A DNA stretch of 64,000 nucleotides from Centroscyllium fabricii (taxonomy: Eukaryota). The DNA is taken from contig JBNRSN020000005.1 in assembly GCA_051313645.2 (NCBI GenBank), forward strand, positions 300,080,001 to 300,144,000. The letters are read 5' to 3'. Shown here piece after piece: positions 50,881-64,000 of this stretch (within the stretch, counting starts at the first letter, position 1; each line of letters begins with the position of its first letter). Under the pieces are notes generated by a model. The model did no database searches and was not told where the DNA came from. It saw only the letters and a program-made list of their open reading frames with translations. Both the position numbers and the translations under genes were made by a program.

Positions 50881-51811
50881 GTAAGTAAAATAGAATGCTT
50901 TAAAACTCATCTGTCTTGATTAGATTAGAATCGAACTGCTTGATCCAGTGTTGGGTTTAATTAATAGCACATGCGTAGAAGGAAATTGAGTGAAAATATA
51001 TGTAAATATCGAAGGTGATAATTACTGAAAGGCAATTTTCACGACTTCGAATTAATCCAGAGTGACAGTTATAAACCAAATATTGAGTGATTTACCAGGG
51101 GAAAAAAAGAAAAATAAATGATTTGCAATCTATATTGGCATATAGGCTGTTATGGCAGGTGCCAACTCGTCACTCACACCAGTGTATAGCTCACCTTTTC
51201 TTCCTCCCCAACCATCATGTCAGATAAACCTGTGACATACCAGGTCTTGTGTAATTTTTTTTCATAAACTTGCTCTTTAAAATATTGGATGTGAGTTATA
51301 TTCAGTGCAACCAATTTATTTTTATTTATATTTTTCCCCAAGTATTTGTATCTCTGTTGTAGTAAGGTAGCTGAACAGTCCGCTTCCAGATCGCTGCCAG
51401 TGATGACCTTTTGCCTGGACACCAGGAGAACTGGGCAGGAATTTCCACCCTCATTCTGATAATTTTTCGGTGGAACTGGGGAAATACGGTCTGTTCCACC
51501 CATCTTTATAACGGTCCAGTTTCCCGTGACAGGCTAATTATAACAATGTGCTGATGGCAAAAACATCACCTGTTTTTTTTTTTTGGCATTCGCGCTATAG
51601 CAACACTGGATGTCAGAGACACCTGTTTCTTCTTGACATCCAGCATTATTATGGTGGCATGGGTGAGGTTTAAGTTTTAAAACTAAGAGAATGCGCAGTC
51701 AATCATGGGGCGATCCATTGCCATCGCTTTGGTGTGCTTTTTTCTTGCATCAACATTTGTTTTCCACAGTTTTCTCCCAACAGCACAAAATTCACTGGCA
51801 ACAGTAACATT

Positions 51812-52599
51812 GGGGGAGACTTTGCCGGAAGGGCGGGAACCTGGCAGGGATTGGTCGAGGTGGCTTCCTGTCCCACCCGCCCAAACAGCTGGGAAGGTCA
51901 CGCAATTTAAATTTAATTGGGTTGTTAAATCACCGCCGGCGGCAGTGGGAGGTAATTCAGTCAATCGAGTCCGGCTGCATCGGGGCTGCGAGGAGTTTGA
52001 TTGACAGTTCCAGCACTGGTTGTTGATAGTTCCCATGGAAACACTCCACTGTGACATCACAGTCGAGTGGAACCAATGGGAACGGTCAAGTGCTGGTGAC
52101 TGACAGGTGGGCGGGCGGGCTCAGAATCCTTGACAGCTCGCACCGGCTGTCAGTAAATGTGCAGACCTGAGGTTTCTCAGTTTCTGCTCACAGCTGCTGC
52201 AGCCAGCACGGAGTTACTTACTCCTCTGAGGTGCTGGAGGCATGCCAAGCATTTGGCAGCATGTCCTTCACACCTTGAAGGAGAAAGTAATAACCAACGC
52301 TGTGCTCCCGCTGGGTTTCACCTAGCGGGGTTTAAGGTGACGGGGTTAGGGCGGGAAACAGGGCAAAATGGCTGAGGGCCCTTAAAATGGCATTAAAGAT
52401 GCCAATTAAGGGCCCTTAACGAGGTGACAACCCATCCCTGCCGACCGGCGGCGGGAAGGTTTCGGGGCGGGAAATCTGGGCGGGGGAAAATTAGAAAGCG
52501 GCGGGGATACGGCAGGGGAGGTCGGGATCCACCGGTTCCGCTATTTTGCCGGCCGGGCCGCCGAAAACCCCGCCTCACGGGGACATGAAATTACCCCCC
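51812..52599. mobile_element. Harbinger-type MITE
   Basis: ATT on both flanks; TIRs gggggagacttt / gaaattacccccc. Confidence 0.85.
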
Positions 52600-52771
52600 A
52601 TTACAGCAGGCTTCAAAGGCCTGCAGCTTTAATCTCTGTCCCTCACAGCTGAGCCTGGAAATTTGGAAGGGGGTCCCTAGGGATGCTTCTCCTGTATCAG
52701 GCGGAAGTCATGCCCCATTGAAGGTGTTCCAGAATTCAGCAAAATCAGTATATTTGAGCTACTACTAAGTA

Positions 52772-53281
52772 CAGGAAACTCCTTATTATCCGGGACCGGC
52801 GTGTTGTCGGTTTATCAAAATTTCCAGATAACGGAGAGGATTATCAACTGAGGCTCTTTTTAAACAAAGAAAAATTTAAAAATCAAGAAATATGCAGTAT
52901 ACAGTAATTGGGTACTCACCTACAGAATGTTTTGTTTGGACCAACTTTTGGGATTTCCATAATGCAATGTAATGATTACCAGCACCGTGGGAGACACACA
53001 GTACAGCACTGTACCCCTGTAAAGTGGCGGATCAGAAGAAGCTACCAGCAGCATGGGAGAATCAGGCTTCTGTTGCAGGGTTTTTGAGGTCTTCAGACTT
53101 CAGACAGCGGCAAGAATCCGAGCAGTGGCAGTTTGGAGAACTACCTCGATTGACTGACTCGACACCGCGGGAGACTCGGTCTCGGACTCTGCAACATTGT
53201 GGTGTGGTTTTCGGAGCGAGAATTTTGCCAGTTAGTAGAGATTTCCGGATATTTAGGTGCCAGATAATAAAGAGTTTCCAG
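52772..53281. mobile_element. Older Tigger-like MITE
   Basis: TA-caggaaactccttattatc ... gataataaagagtttccag-TA. Confidence 0.7.
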
Positions 53282-54532
53282 TACTGTTCAGAAAGGAGAT
53301 TTGTATCCGATTTTTCAATGCCCAGTGAATCCTTGATTCAACACTGAGCAGCGTGGGTAATTAAACCTGGGTCTTCCGCTCTGTAGTATCAAGGATTAGA
53401 ACACTAACTTCACTGCACTGTGCACAACCCGTATACACTGCTCTGCTAAAGGAGAGTAGCATTATTGATCTCACTAGGGCTACCATTTTGAACATTGATA
53501 GATTGAGCAAACTCTATTCCTGAGCTTGTATTTCTAGGCAGCACCCAGGATGCTGACAGACACTGTAAGAAAGATGAAATGGAAGGAGGTAGAATCAGAT
53601 AGGTTAGGGGACTGACCCATAAAAAGTATTTGTAAAACAGTATTCTTCAAGGAATAAGATGAAAATGCCGTTTTTAAACAAAATGGTTTGGGCTTGTTTT
53701 AAAGTTGTAGCTGTCGGTGTGAAGAAAGTATGTAATCTTTTTGGGTCTCGTTGTTCTCGGCAAGTATTTCAATTAAATTAGATGCCTCTAAAAAGCAGTG
53801 TACTCTAATTAATGCCTGCATTATTCTGGTTAGTGCTGCCGTCTGTGAACCTACTTGTTGCCTCGAAGCCTCGGGGGACATACTAAACCTGGGAAATTCT
53901 AGTGCATCGACATTGAAGAAAACAGTGGTTAACACTAATGTAGGTGGAGCAGGCTTGCAATGAAAGAGAGCTTTGAGAGTGACCTATTAGATCTTGGGCA
54001 CATTTCTAGCACAATGAATGGATTGTAGAATTCTGGTAAATACACTAACTAATGGAACTTTAATTGACCACCTGCAAATGTCAATGTTTGTATAACTTCA
54101 CTATTTGAAAATACAATACATGTTTGATAGAGATCTTAAGTGATATTATCTCAGTAAATTATAGATGTTCAATAATGTAAAAAGATGCATGCTTTATGGG
54201 AACATGGTTTTATAGAGAACTGATATTATTGAAAATATATTTTAAAAACAGGTTAAATTGAGCCTCCAATTGTGCTTAACAATGTTTAATCTAAATGATA
54301 CAGCCATAAATCATTAAGCTGGTAGATGTTATGACTTACACAGTTGGCCTTGCCAGTTGTTACTTGACCCCTGCATTGGTTTCCTGGTGCGTTCTAGCAG
54401 CATACTATGGCGCTACGTAAATCTCCTAACTGATGGAGGGGACATTATTCTTTTTTGGCTGCACAGGACATTAAAGTTTCAATTTTCGCAAAAATTAAAA
54501 GCAAAACAAGGTTTGAAGTCCAACTGTGCTAA

Positions 54533-54688
<156 letters not shown>

Positions 54689-55036
54689 TAAGACCACATT
54701 TATTTATTTTTGAGGATTGAAAGGTCAGATTTAGTACTTGGCCTCTGCCTTTATTTGGTCATGTGAAAATGTTTTGGCTATTTAGATGAATCGTTATAAG
54801 AAGTTCCATTGAATCAAATCTAATAAACGTCTGTATTTTTCCACTAACTAAATGATATGACATTTTTGAAAGGATTGTGGTCTGTTTCACATTTTGAAGG
54901 TTATTGAACCAATGAAAGAATTACACAGCCCATAAAATGTCTCTTTAGTCCAAAGCTAATTTGAGAAATAGAGTTATGCTTGTTTGTGTTTCCAAATGAA
55001 CTATGATGTACCTGTTCTGTTAACAGTTTTAACTAA

Positions 55037-55231
<195 letters not shown>

Positions 55232-55290
55232 TGATTTTTGCGAACTGTAGCATGGAAGGATAGAACAGGGGTTCATACCTATGACTCCTG

Positions 55291-55970
55291 GGGGGAGAAA
55301 TTCGGGTGGCTTGCGCCTGCCGTTAGCGCCCTAAGAGGGCTGCTAATTGGGCACAAGCCTGGCGTGGAGCCTCCCACCATATTGAGTGGGGCGCTGACGT
55401 GGGCGGTAGCCGGTAGCGCCCCGAAGCTGTTCGCCGGCGGGGATGACGTCATCAAAGCGCGCAGCGACACTCTCGCACCTGGGGGAGCGAAATTGAGTCG
55501 CGCCGTTGAGTTTCCGGCGGGCACTGCTCGCGACAGCTTCAGCCTGTCGTAATTGCAGCGGGGGAGCGCTGCTTAAGGGGAGGGTGCTGGGCGGCCATTT
55601 TTGTTGCTGGCCGACTACCAGCACCTTCCCCCTCTGCCCCCCGCCCCCCAGCTGTGGTGCGAGGCTTCCGACCAGTGAGCCCGGCACTTCCCTCCAGTGC
55701 CGGGCTCCTTCTGCTGCACGGCGGCCCCCGCAGGGCTCCGGCCACAGCCGCGCTAGGTCCCTCCCCTTTAATCGGGGAGGAAGGCCTGCAGTTCCGCGCC
55801 GCACCACTCTGCGCTGCATGTAGCGCCTGAAGAGCGAGGGCGGGCGCCTGTTTTAGCACCCGCCCTCCTATTATGGGCGCTACAGCCGAATTTCAGCGAT
55901 CGGCAGGCGCTAAAAATAGCGCTGCGCCGACATTAGCGCGGCAAAACCTGCGCTAGCCAATTTATCCCCC
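55291..55970. mobile_element. CpG-rich Harbinger-type MITE flanked by a 60-bp direct repeat
   Basis: TIRs gggggagaaatt / aatttatccccc. Confidence 0.82.
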
Positions 55971-56289
55971 ATGATTTTTGCGAACTGTAGCATAGAAGGA
56001 TAGAACAGGAGTTCACACCTATGACTCCTGGTTTCTGCCAATCTCCGTAGAGTTACCAAATGGAAGTTAGACTCCTTAAAGAGAGGGAGAAAACAACATT
56101 GTACTAAATGCCCTACCCAGCAATTGCACTTTCTAGCAGTTGGATAAAGATAAAGACTGGCATGGGCACATACCTGAGAGTGACTCACCTACCTGCTTTG
56201 TTTTAAGTGGAAAATAAGATCTCATATGAGCATCTGTATGTGTATATATTGTCTATGTGCTTATTTATCTCCCTCTTGTTTTTGTGCAG

Positions 56290-56480
56290 GCCCATTGTAT
56301 GTAATTGTAGAATTCACAGCCAAAGGCAACCTGCGCGAGTACCTGCGGGCAAGGCGTCCCCCTGGCATGGAATATACATTTGATATAAATCGTGTTTCTG
56401 ATGAACAGTTAACGTTCAAAGACCTGGTATCCTGCACTTATCAAGTGGCAAGGGGCATGGAATACTTGGCCTCACAAAAG
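56290..56480 (+). CDS. FGFR2: FGFR2 kinase hinge/insert exon ([29 protein letters not shown]...YLASQK)
   Basis: tgtgcag acceptor, gtaggc donor, 191 bp. Confidence 0.97.
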
Positions 56481-57287
56481 GTAGGCAGCCTCAAAGAGGA
56501 CAAAGTCCACTGAAATGCAAAATGTATTGTAAATATTAGATAAACGAATACAAATTTGCAAAGGTAGTTTTTCAGGTGTAATCTAGATCCTCACCTGATT
56601 ATCACTGCTATTAGGACAGCAGACATCTGCTTATCAAACTACTCTAAATACTGTTGATAAAAAGTTAAATATTTATACTAAAGTGTTAACCCTCGTAGAT
56701 TGATGCAGCATTATTGCACCATACAATTTCTTGCTAAAGTTTGTATCCAGCGGGGACAAACAGAATACTACTTTTGACTCTTGCACTAATATTTTTAAGG
56801 AACTTCTCAGTACAGGAATAGACATCTGCTTATAGACACAGCCCCAGTCATTATTCTTCATCCATGAGATTAGAATTTGAATCCAGTCTGGCAAAAAGGG
56901 AATGGTTGTCTTTCTGGCATTGGCTATGCATTAATTTTGGCCTACTTCCCATTGACAGTCCATATTCTGAAAACTGATCCTAGTTTAATTCATAACTTGT
57001 TAGGGCCTTCTTGAAAAGGCATAAAATTGGGAGACTGGAGAATAGAATCCTCAGTCCAGGAAAAGGAGCTGTTCATCCTGAGGTTGTTACTTTTTGAAGT
57101 GCTTTTTTGAGGAGCCACACAGCTTTCTCTTGCCCAGTTCCCACCACTAAAATAAGCCACTCTATTATTGTAAAAAGTTGTTTCCGAGGACCCTCATCCT
57201 TCAATCACACTTCACGCCACCTCTTTCTCCTCATACTCACTGCTGTTGTCACCCTCACTTCCCCACACCTCACGACTTTGCACCTGA

Positions 57288-57518
<231 letters not shown>

Positions 57519-57677
57519 TAAATATTGGCCTCTTTACTTTTTGCTGCTTATTAAAGCCTTGTTCATTTTAGTAGCAAGTATAGCAGGACACAGGTTTATT
57601 CCCTGCAGTTTTCCGCACGTTAACTTCCTCATCTGAGTCATACCACCAGCCGCCGTGGGAGGCACTGAATAGAGGTT

Positions 57678-57739
57678 GGGGGTGAAATTCTCCTGACTAG
57701 CTGTCTACTAAAAGTATTAACGCGAAGAATTTCACCCCC
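57678..57739. mobile_element. 62-bp minimal MITE-like hairpin
   Basis: Perfect 14-bp inverted termini GGGGGTGAAATTCT / AGAATTTCACCCCC. Confidence 0.6.
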
Positions 57740-58453
57740 TAGGTGTTTCTGAACATGGAGGGAGGGAGCTGGCCCGGTTAGTCTGACATATCTCCTGGCA
57801 GCTGCCTGTGGAGCAGCATAAGCATCGCCCTGAGAACAGGGTTCTGGCTTGTTCAGGAAAGAAACGTTGTGAGAGGAGACGATGGGAAAACAACTAAATT
57901 ACTAAAGTCTCAGTTTCTTTTCAATGGATCATTACGGATAATGTTTATTCTTAATTCCTTCCTGTTTCTGACTTTTTCTCCAGCACATTTTCAAGCATGG
58001 ATGCACTCTTGCAATATTGCTAACAGCAGTCAGAAACAAGCACTTGCAGCATTCTATTCAAATGTAGCCAAAATGTCTGCCAAATTACAGTCAAGGTCTT
58101 TGAAATAGTGACTGCCATATTTATAGGGATTTTATTGCTGTGTAGTTCCACTTGACCAGTTCTCTGACAAAATCTACAGACTATTGAATTAAAACCGTCT
58201 TTATTGTTACGTTGCCTTACTTGAGTTGTTTTGGCCACTACATAGTAAATGGCCATACTGCGCTGTTTTTACAGTCGATTTTTAATATTTCATTGATATT
58301 TTTTTTTTGGTTAGACTGACAAGTTAATGCTAAACTGGAACAATCTCCTGCTGCTATTAAGCACACATTAAACAGTGTGTAATTCTATTCAGTTGAAAAT
58401 CACAGCCATCAGGGTTGGGGTCATGGCTGTATGAGTTTGGAGGTGCACATATA

Positions 58454-59255
58454 GGGGGGGATTTTTCTCGGGCCGTGAGGGCGGGTTCCCGGCGGGGCAG
58501 GGCATAAAATCCTGAAACCGGGCGGGGGGGGGTGTCCCGACCCCTCCCGCTACTTTGCGGTTTTCAGGTGGTGTGTCCAGCCAACCCGAATCTTTCCCGC
58601 CCGCCACCGGCGGGGTTGATTGTTGAGGTAATTAGGGGCCCTTAATTGACATGGGTAATCGCATTTTAAGGGCCCCTCGCGATTTTTAAGCCCTTCCCAC
58701 CCATTCCCCGCCATCCTGAAACCCCGCCGGTGAAAGCTAGCTGGATCTCAGTCGGCTTGGTCACTTTCACCTTCAAGGCGTTGAAGGACCGACAGCAGAA
58801 TGCCTTCCAGGCCTTCAATACCCTAAAGGTGTAAGTGACTCCCCTGGGTGAAGACCAGCTGTGGAGAAAACACTGCAAAGACTTACCTTGACCGATGCTG
58901 CAATGCTTCACAGAGAGACGGCCACTCACTGTGAAAGCTTTGCAGCGCGTCCTTAGACCTGTTACTCAACCGACTGGGGCTTTGAGATTGGTTGCACTCC
59001 ATTGTGATGTCACAATGGACTGTTTCCACAGAAACTAACAACACACAGTACCCTAGAACTGCCAATCAAACCTCCGGCTGTCATCTGCAGGCCGCTGCTT
59101 TCCGACTGGAAATTGTGTATTGGCAGGGGCTTCCCACATGCAGGCAATTAATTGGCCAATTAAGCCAAAATTGCATGGGGTTCCCAAGCATTCGTGTCAG
59201 AAAACCGACACGCCCAAAACCCGCCAGCTTCCCACACCTTTGCGAAAATCCCCCC
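58454..59255. mobile_element. Harbinger-type MITE sharing both ends with the Myb/SANT-bearing 13136 element
   Basis: TIRs ggggggatttt / aaaatcccccc; 59110-59230 is the reverse complement of 13160-13290. Confidence 0.8.
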
Positions 59256-59934
59256 TCCCCTCCCACTGAGTCACCAACTCCAAAATCAGTTCTACTTTGC
59301 TGCATAGAGTTTCTGCTTTGGCCGCAATAGGCGATCCGGGCGCAAATTGTGCTAGCTTTTCTCAAGTTTACACTCAAACATGTTTGTTTCTCGGCAAACG
59401 TAAAATCTGCTATGAACCAGCTTAATCGGGCAGCATTTTAGAATGTCATTTTTTTAAGTAAACCGAGAGTTCTCATTCCTGAGGCTCAATCTGAAACTCT
59501 CGTTTTTCAGTGGCGGTTGCTGTGACAAGCGAATGACATTTGCGCCTACTTGAAGAATTCGAATTTTTTCAAAAGATTTAGCCAGATCTGTCCCCTTGCT
59601 AGGGGGGGGGCAATAGAAACATTATATGGGTCAGGGAGTGGGTCCAGAGTTTCCGACATTCATTGGCAAACAGATGTTAAAAATGTGCCTGAAGTGGCAA
59701 TTGCGCCGGCCTGGCCATTGCAAATGAGGTGCCCTCAGGTGCCCAAGGAATCTCAGGGCCAGTATAAGCGAGGCAGAAACTAGTGGCAGGACCTACAGTG
59801 AGGTAGCACACCATTTGACGACATCATAGTGTGTTCCTGTTCTTAGTCATTTTGAAGAGATAGCAAGTGGTGGCAAAGCATTTCCCAACAGTTTGTAATT
59901 GGGGGGAGAGAAAAATGGAAGTTAAATCACCTAC

Positions 59935-60680
59935 AGTGTCAGTTGTTAGCAGTGGTAGCACTCTCGCTCCTGGGTCACAAGGTTGCAGGTTCAAGTACCA
60001 CTTCAGAGACTTGACCATAAAATCCAGGCTGGCAGTACTTGGGGAATATAGAAACATAGAAACATAGAAGATAGGAGCAGGAGTAGGCCATTCGGCCCTT
60101 CGAGCCTGCTCCACCATTCAATGAGATCATGGCTGATCATCCAAACCCAGCACCCCGCCCCTGCCCTCTCCCCATATCCCTCGATCCCTATCGAGCCTAC
60201 ACCGACACACATCCCACCCTATCCCCGTAACCCCACATATTCAATCCCCCTAAGACTATGGGTCAATTTATCCTGGCCAATCAACCTAACACGCACATCT
60301 TTGGACTGTGGGAGGAAACCGGAGCACCCGGAGGAAACCCACGCAGACACAGGGAGAATGTGCAAACTCCACACAGATCGTACCCGAAGCTGGATTTGAA
60401 CTCTGGTCTCCAGTGCTGTGAGGCAACAGTGCTAACCACTATGCCACCGTGCCGCCCACGGTGAATGAGGCACTGTCGGAGGTGCCATCTTTTGGATGAG
60501 ACATCTGCTCTCTCGGGTAGATATAAAAGATCCCATGGTACTATTTGAAGAACAGCAGGTGAGTTCTATCAGCATCCTGGCCAATATTTATCCATTAACT
60601 AACCTCACTAAAACAGTTACCTTGCTGCGTACAAATTGGCTCCTGCATTCCCCTACACCATTGGAAGTGTAACTGCAAGA
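59935..60680 (+). mobile_element. Deu-domain SINE interrupted by a younger minus-strand SINE (60048-60460)
   Basis: Head cagtggtagcactctcgc...ggttcaagt; core resumes gcactgtcggaggtgccatcttttggatgagac after the insert. Confidence 0.75.
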
Positions 60681-61204
60681 GATACCGTGGAGTAAGTGAT
60701 AGGCCTTTTATCCACGAAATTACATGTGACTTAAGAGAAATGGAACTATATATATATATAAATATTAATAAAGGTTTAAGTTCTGGACATTTAGAAGCTG
60801 AAATTAGTTTATATGAGCGATTGAGTAGACTTATGCAAGTTGCTTTGGCCTTGCCATGACCCTGTTGCAAACTGCAGGGACAGTGTCATTGGAATAATTG
60901 AGGCAGGTGACCCATGCCTATTCAGGCACAACAGAGGCATCCAGCCTGCTGAGCTGTCGGAATCTCGGAGGCTGAGGCTTTTATTGGGCTGAAGATCAAA
61001 GAAGAAAAATAAAATTTCCTCCGCAGGGAACTTTGGCATTTTTGGGATTGATTAATTGTGCACATTTTCATCTTCGGCCTTTTGTAGACTCACAGGGCCC
61101 CATGTCTGCTGTCAGTTGAACATTCACCAAAGCTTTGCCTGAATTCTGCCCCACAAAGAGCTGTAATTTGTAAGTTATAACCTGTTGAATGAACTATCGC
61201 TAAG

Positions 61205-61490
61205 ATAGAAACATAGAAACAAGAGTAGACCACTCAGCCCGAGTCTGTTGTGCCATTCAGTTAGCTCACAGTTGATCCGTAGCTCAGCTTCATTTACCCG
61301 CCATTGCTCAATATCATTTATTACCCTTACCTAACAAAACTCTATCGATCTCAGTCTTGAATATTTCGATTGACTTAGCATTCCCAGCCTTTTAGGGGCG
61401 AGTGTTCCAGATTTCCACAACCCTTTCTGTGGGGGAAAAAGGTGCTTCCTGATTTCTCTCCTAAATGGCCTAGCTCTAGTTTTAAGATTA
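61205..61490 (-). mobile_element. CR1 3' UTR fragment
   Basis: atagaaacatagaaac tail; similar to 1500-1770 and 20373-20660. Confidence 0.7.
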
Positions 61491-61562
61491 TTCAGATATA
61501 TGACATTGCTTAAACATTTTCTACCACAATAGTTTTTGTTTATAAAATTGTTTGTGTTTTAG

Positions 61563-61633
61563 GGTCGACTGCCAGTTAAATGGATGGCTCCTGAAGCTCT
61601 TTTTGACAGAGTTTACACGCACCAGAGTGATGT
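61563..61633 (+). CDS. FGFR2: FGFR2 kinase exon (GRLPVKWMAPEALFDRVYTHQSDV)
   Basis: ttttag acceptor, gtaagt donor, 71 bp; APE motif. Confidence 0.97.
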
Positions 61634-63417
61634 GTAAGTACTGATGACTTCACCAAATGGAAATATGCATTCTCACTTTTGATAATCAATTTATTGTAGC
61701 CGGTTTGTCAGGGCTGCCAGGCTGTATTGTATTTGACACAAATGCTGCAGATTTATTGTCACCCAGTTTTGTAAATAATGGAAAATGAGAATATTTGCAT
61801 ATTGGTAAATTTTCTCTTTACCTCCCCAGAGATAGATATATATGTGTGTGTGTGCAATTAAATAATTGAAAATTATTTTAGCATGACAATTCTGTTTTAC
61901 TGTACTTCAAAATCTAAAACAGAAGCAGGACATTTTGTTGAGACTCTAAACTTGGGGACAGATTTGGCATTTTTGTGCAGATCTGAGAGGAAATAAAAGT
62001 TGGCCCTAAAGCAAATTTCTTATACCGGTGCTCAATTAGTTTGATTTCTTGAAATACCAGCATCCATGAGCTGTCTCCTCATATTTATACCCTGAATCCC
62101 TTATCCTGGCAGCAGAATCATAGACTCATTTTCCCTGGAACTATGATTCTCCCATTGGGATAAGGCAGATAGATTTGGTAGTTTAAGTAACAGGAGTTAC
62201 TAACATTGGCTTGGAATCCTATCTAAACAAGTGTCAGTGCAAAAAATAACTTTAGTTTATCAGGTATGGTGCAGCGTTGAGGCCACAGAGAAACGTATCC
62301 AGGAACTAGATGTATGTGTCATATGTATGTTGGTAGGTGGGGGGGAGAATGAAAGCAGCTATTTTAAAATCATTAATTGTTTTAACCCAAGTGGGAGAAT
62401 CTAGTTTTAATGTAGGGTTAGAAGCATCAAAGGAGGCCTTTCTGAAATTTGTCCAAATGTAAGTATTATACTCTGAAAAATGGTCAATTCAGAACTATAA
62501 AAGACTGTTCCCCTTGTATATAATGCTAAAACAAAAGCTGCATTTTATACTGGAAAATTCTTTCATCGTACCCGTGATGTCTACAATACTCACCAGTGAA
62601 ATAAATCTCATTTTTCTGTTTTTGTCAACCAGCAACTAATTCTCAATTGCTTGCAGCATGATCGATCCTTTGTACGGATTAAGTTAAAGGAAATGTGTGC
62701 ACCAAAAGTAATGATTTCATGGTAGACTGAAGACCAACGCTGATACTAATCTATCTTCAAAGCACATAGGGAAATTAAACTTACTTACCTCTGTTACCGT
62801 AGAAAGTTTTATTGAAGTTCACAGATGTAGAGCTGAAGAATAATTTCACTTTGTCCAGCACATGCTTCATCCCATCAACAACCTAAACTTGCTAATCTTT
62901 GAATTTCACATTGAAGAGCTCATTAACTTGTTGTCTGATCTGGACTGTCAGCAAGTCTTGTCATTTTAAAAATGTGGGATCAGCATAACTCGCTGAGGAA
63001 GTGGGCTATCAGGTTAAGTCTTCCTAAATGTTCTGCAGAATATTAAGACAAGCACCTGATTTAAAAAAAAAAAAGAACCACATGCCTAGCTTTGGTTTAA
63101 ATCTCCGATGAGACTCATTTACCGTTTAACAAAAATACAAGTACAGGTACTGAATTCTGTTTGCGTTCATTTAATGAAGGAAGGAAATGTAACTGGAGAC
63201 CAAATTTCCTAAAAAATAAAATTGTGACTTGGCATGCTTTGTGAAAATATGAGCAAATGGAATCATTAATAATCCGGCCAGGTCTTCAAACCATGAAACG
63301 TTCAACAAAAAAACAGAAACTGGTCTCCTTTGGTGGCCACAGTACATAAAACCCTGCGGTGCAATACTGAACTGCACAAAGTAAGAAGGTCCAAGCTTCA
63401 ATCCCTGGTCTGTGGTG

Positions 63418-64000
63418 ACACAACACCAGGTTATAGTCCAACAGTTTTATTTGAAATCACAAGTTTTCGGAGCGCTGCTCCTTCCTCAGGTGAAGTGACG
63501 AGATTCATTTAAATATAGCATATATATAGAGAGAGAGAACAATGTGGTCTCTCCAGCTGTTTCACATCACACCTCAGCTGAGAGACATCAAAGCAATCAA
63601 AGGTGTTCTAACATATCAGTCAGCCTGAGATCAAAGGTTGCAGTCACAAAGGGTCAAATGTTACAGTCTGCTGTCTGTGAATATTCCACAGAATGATGTA
63701 AAAAAAAAAAAGGATTTTTCTTACTGAAAATCGCAGAACAAGCCAAAGATGATTCGAGTCTGGATGACTCTACGTCAGGCGGGGTCACATGTAGCGCGAC
63801 ATAAATCCAATATCACGGTTGAGGCCGTGCTCATGGGTGCGGAACTTGGCTATCAGCCTCTGCTCGACGATTTTGCGTTGTCGTGTGTCTCGAAGGCCAC
63901 CTTGGAGAATGCTTACCCGAAGATCGGAGGCTGAATGTCCTTGACTGCTGAAGTGTTCCCCGACTGGGAGGGAACACTCCTGCCTGGCGATTGTTGCGCG
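63418..64000 (-). mobile_element. Penelope-like element 3' end: open GIY-YIG C-terminus (63785-64000) plus terminal repeat with hammerhead-like motif (63457-63493)
   Basis: Minus strand from 64000 reads RATIARQECSLPVGEHFSSQGHSASDLRVSILQGGLRDTRQRKIVEQRLIAKFRTHEHGLNRDIGFMSRYM* with no stops; downstream TCAC-CTGAGGA-A-GGAGC-AGC-GCTCC-GAAAACTT-GTGA then AATAAA. Confidence 0.88.

Noticed and set aside
55238-55859. Cluster of overlapping 80-158 aa ORFs in a kinase intron
   Set aside because: GC-rich MITE interior lacking stops by composition; no recognisable domain.
61634-64000. Next kinase exon (WSFGVLMWEIFTLGG)
   Set aside because: Not seen; presumably downstream of the window.

Overview
Eukaryotic (vertebrate) genomic DNA. 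The repeat content suggests a cartilaginous fish; that taxon is an inference. The window covers the middle of a + strand FGFR2 gene: 12 coding exons from the Ig-II domain to kinase subdomain VIII/IX, including the mutually exclusive IIIb and IIIc exons. The gene runs off both ends. All exons have AG/GT boundaries, compatible phases and no stops. Known FGFR2 splicing control elements are visible: the IAS2/ISAR long-range stem, UGCAUG sites and the GT/GA tandem 'VT' donor. The introns hold dense and often nested transposable elements: CR1, L2 and Rex LINEs, tRNA-derived and Deu-type SINEs, two solo LTRs, PIF/Harbinger and Tc1/mariner-type MITEs, and Penelope-like elements. There is also one degenerate tRNA-Cys. 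Most notable: (1) a TA-flanked MITE family whose copies carry different cargo, one an in-frame MAM-domain-like fragment and another a CpG-island-like segment; (2) a family of minimal hammerhead-ribozyme motifs, physically linked to a Penelope GIY-YIG ORF, with one copy in the sense strand of the presumed pre-mRNA inside an interleaved double inverted repeat; (3) a MITE flanked by a 60-bp direct duplication. Family names for repeats come from recognition, not database searches.
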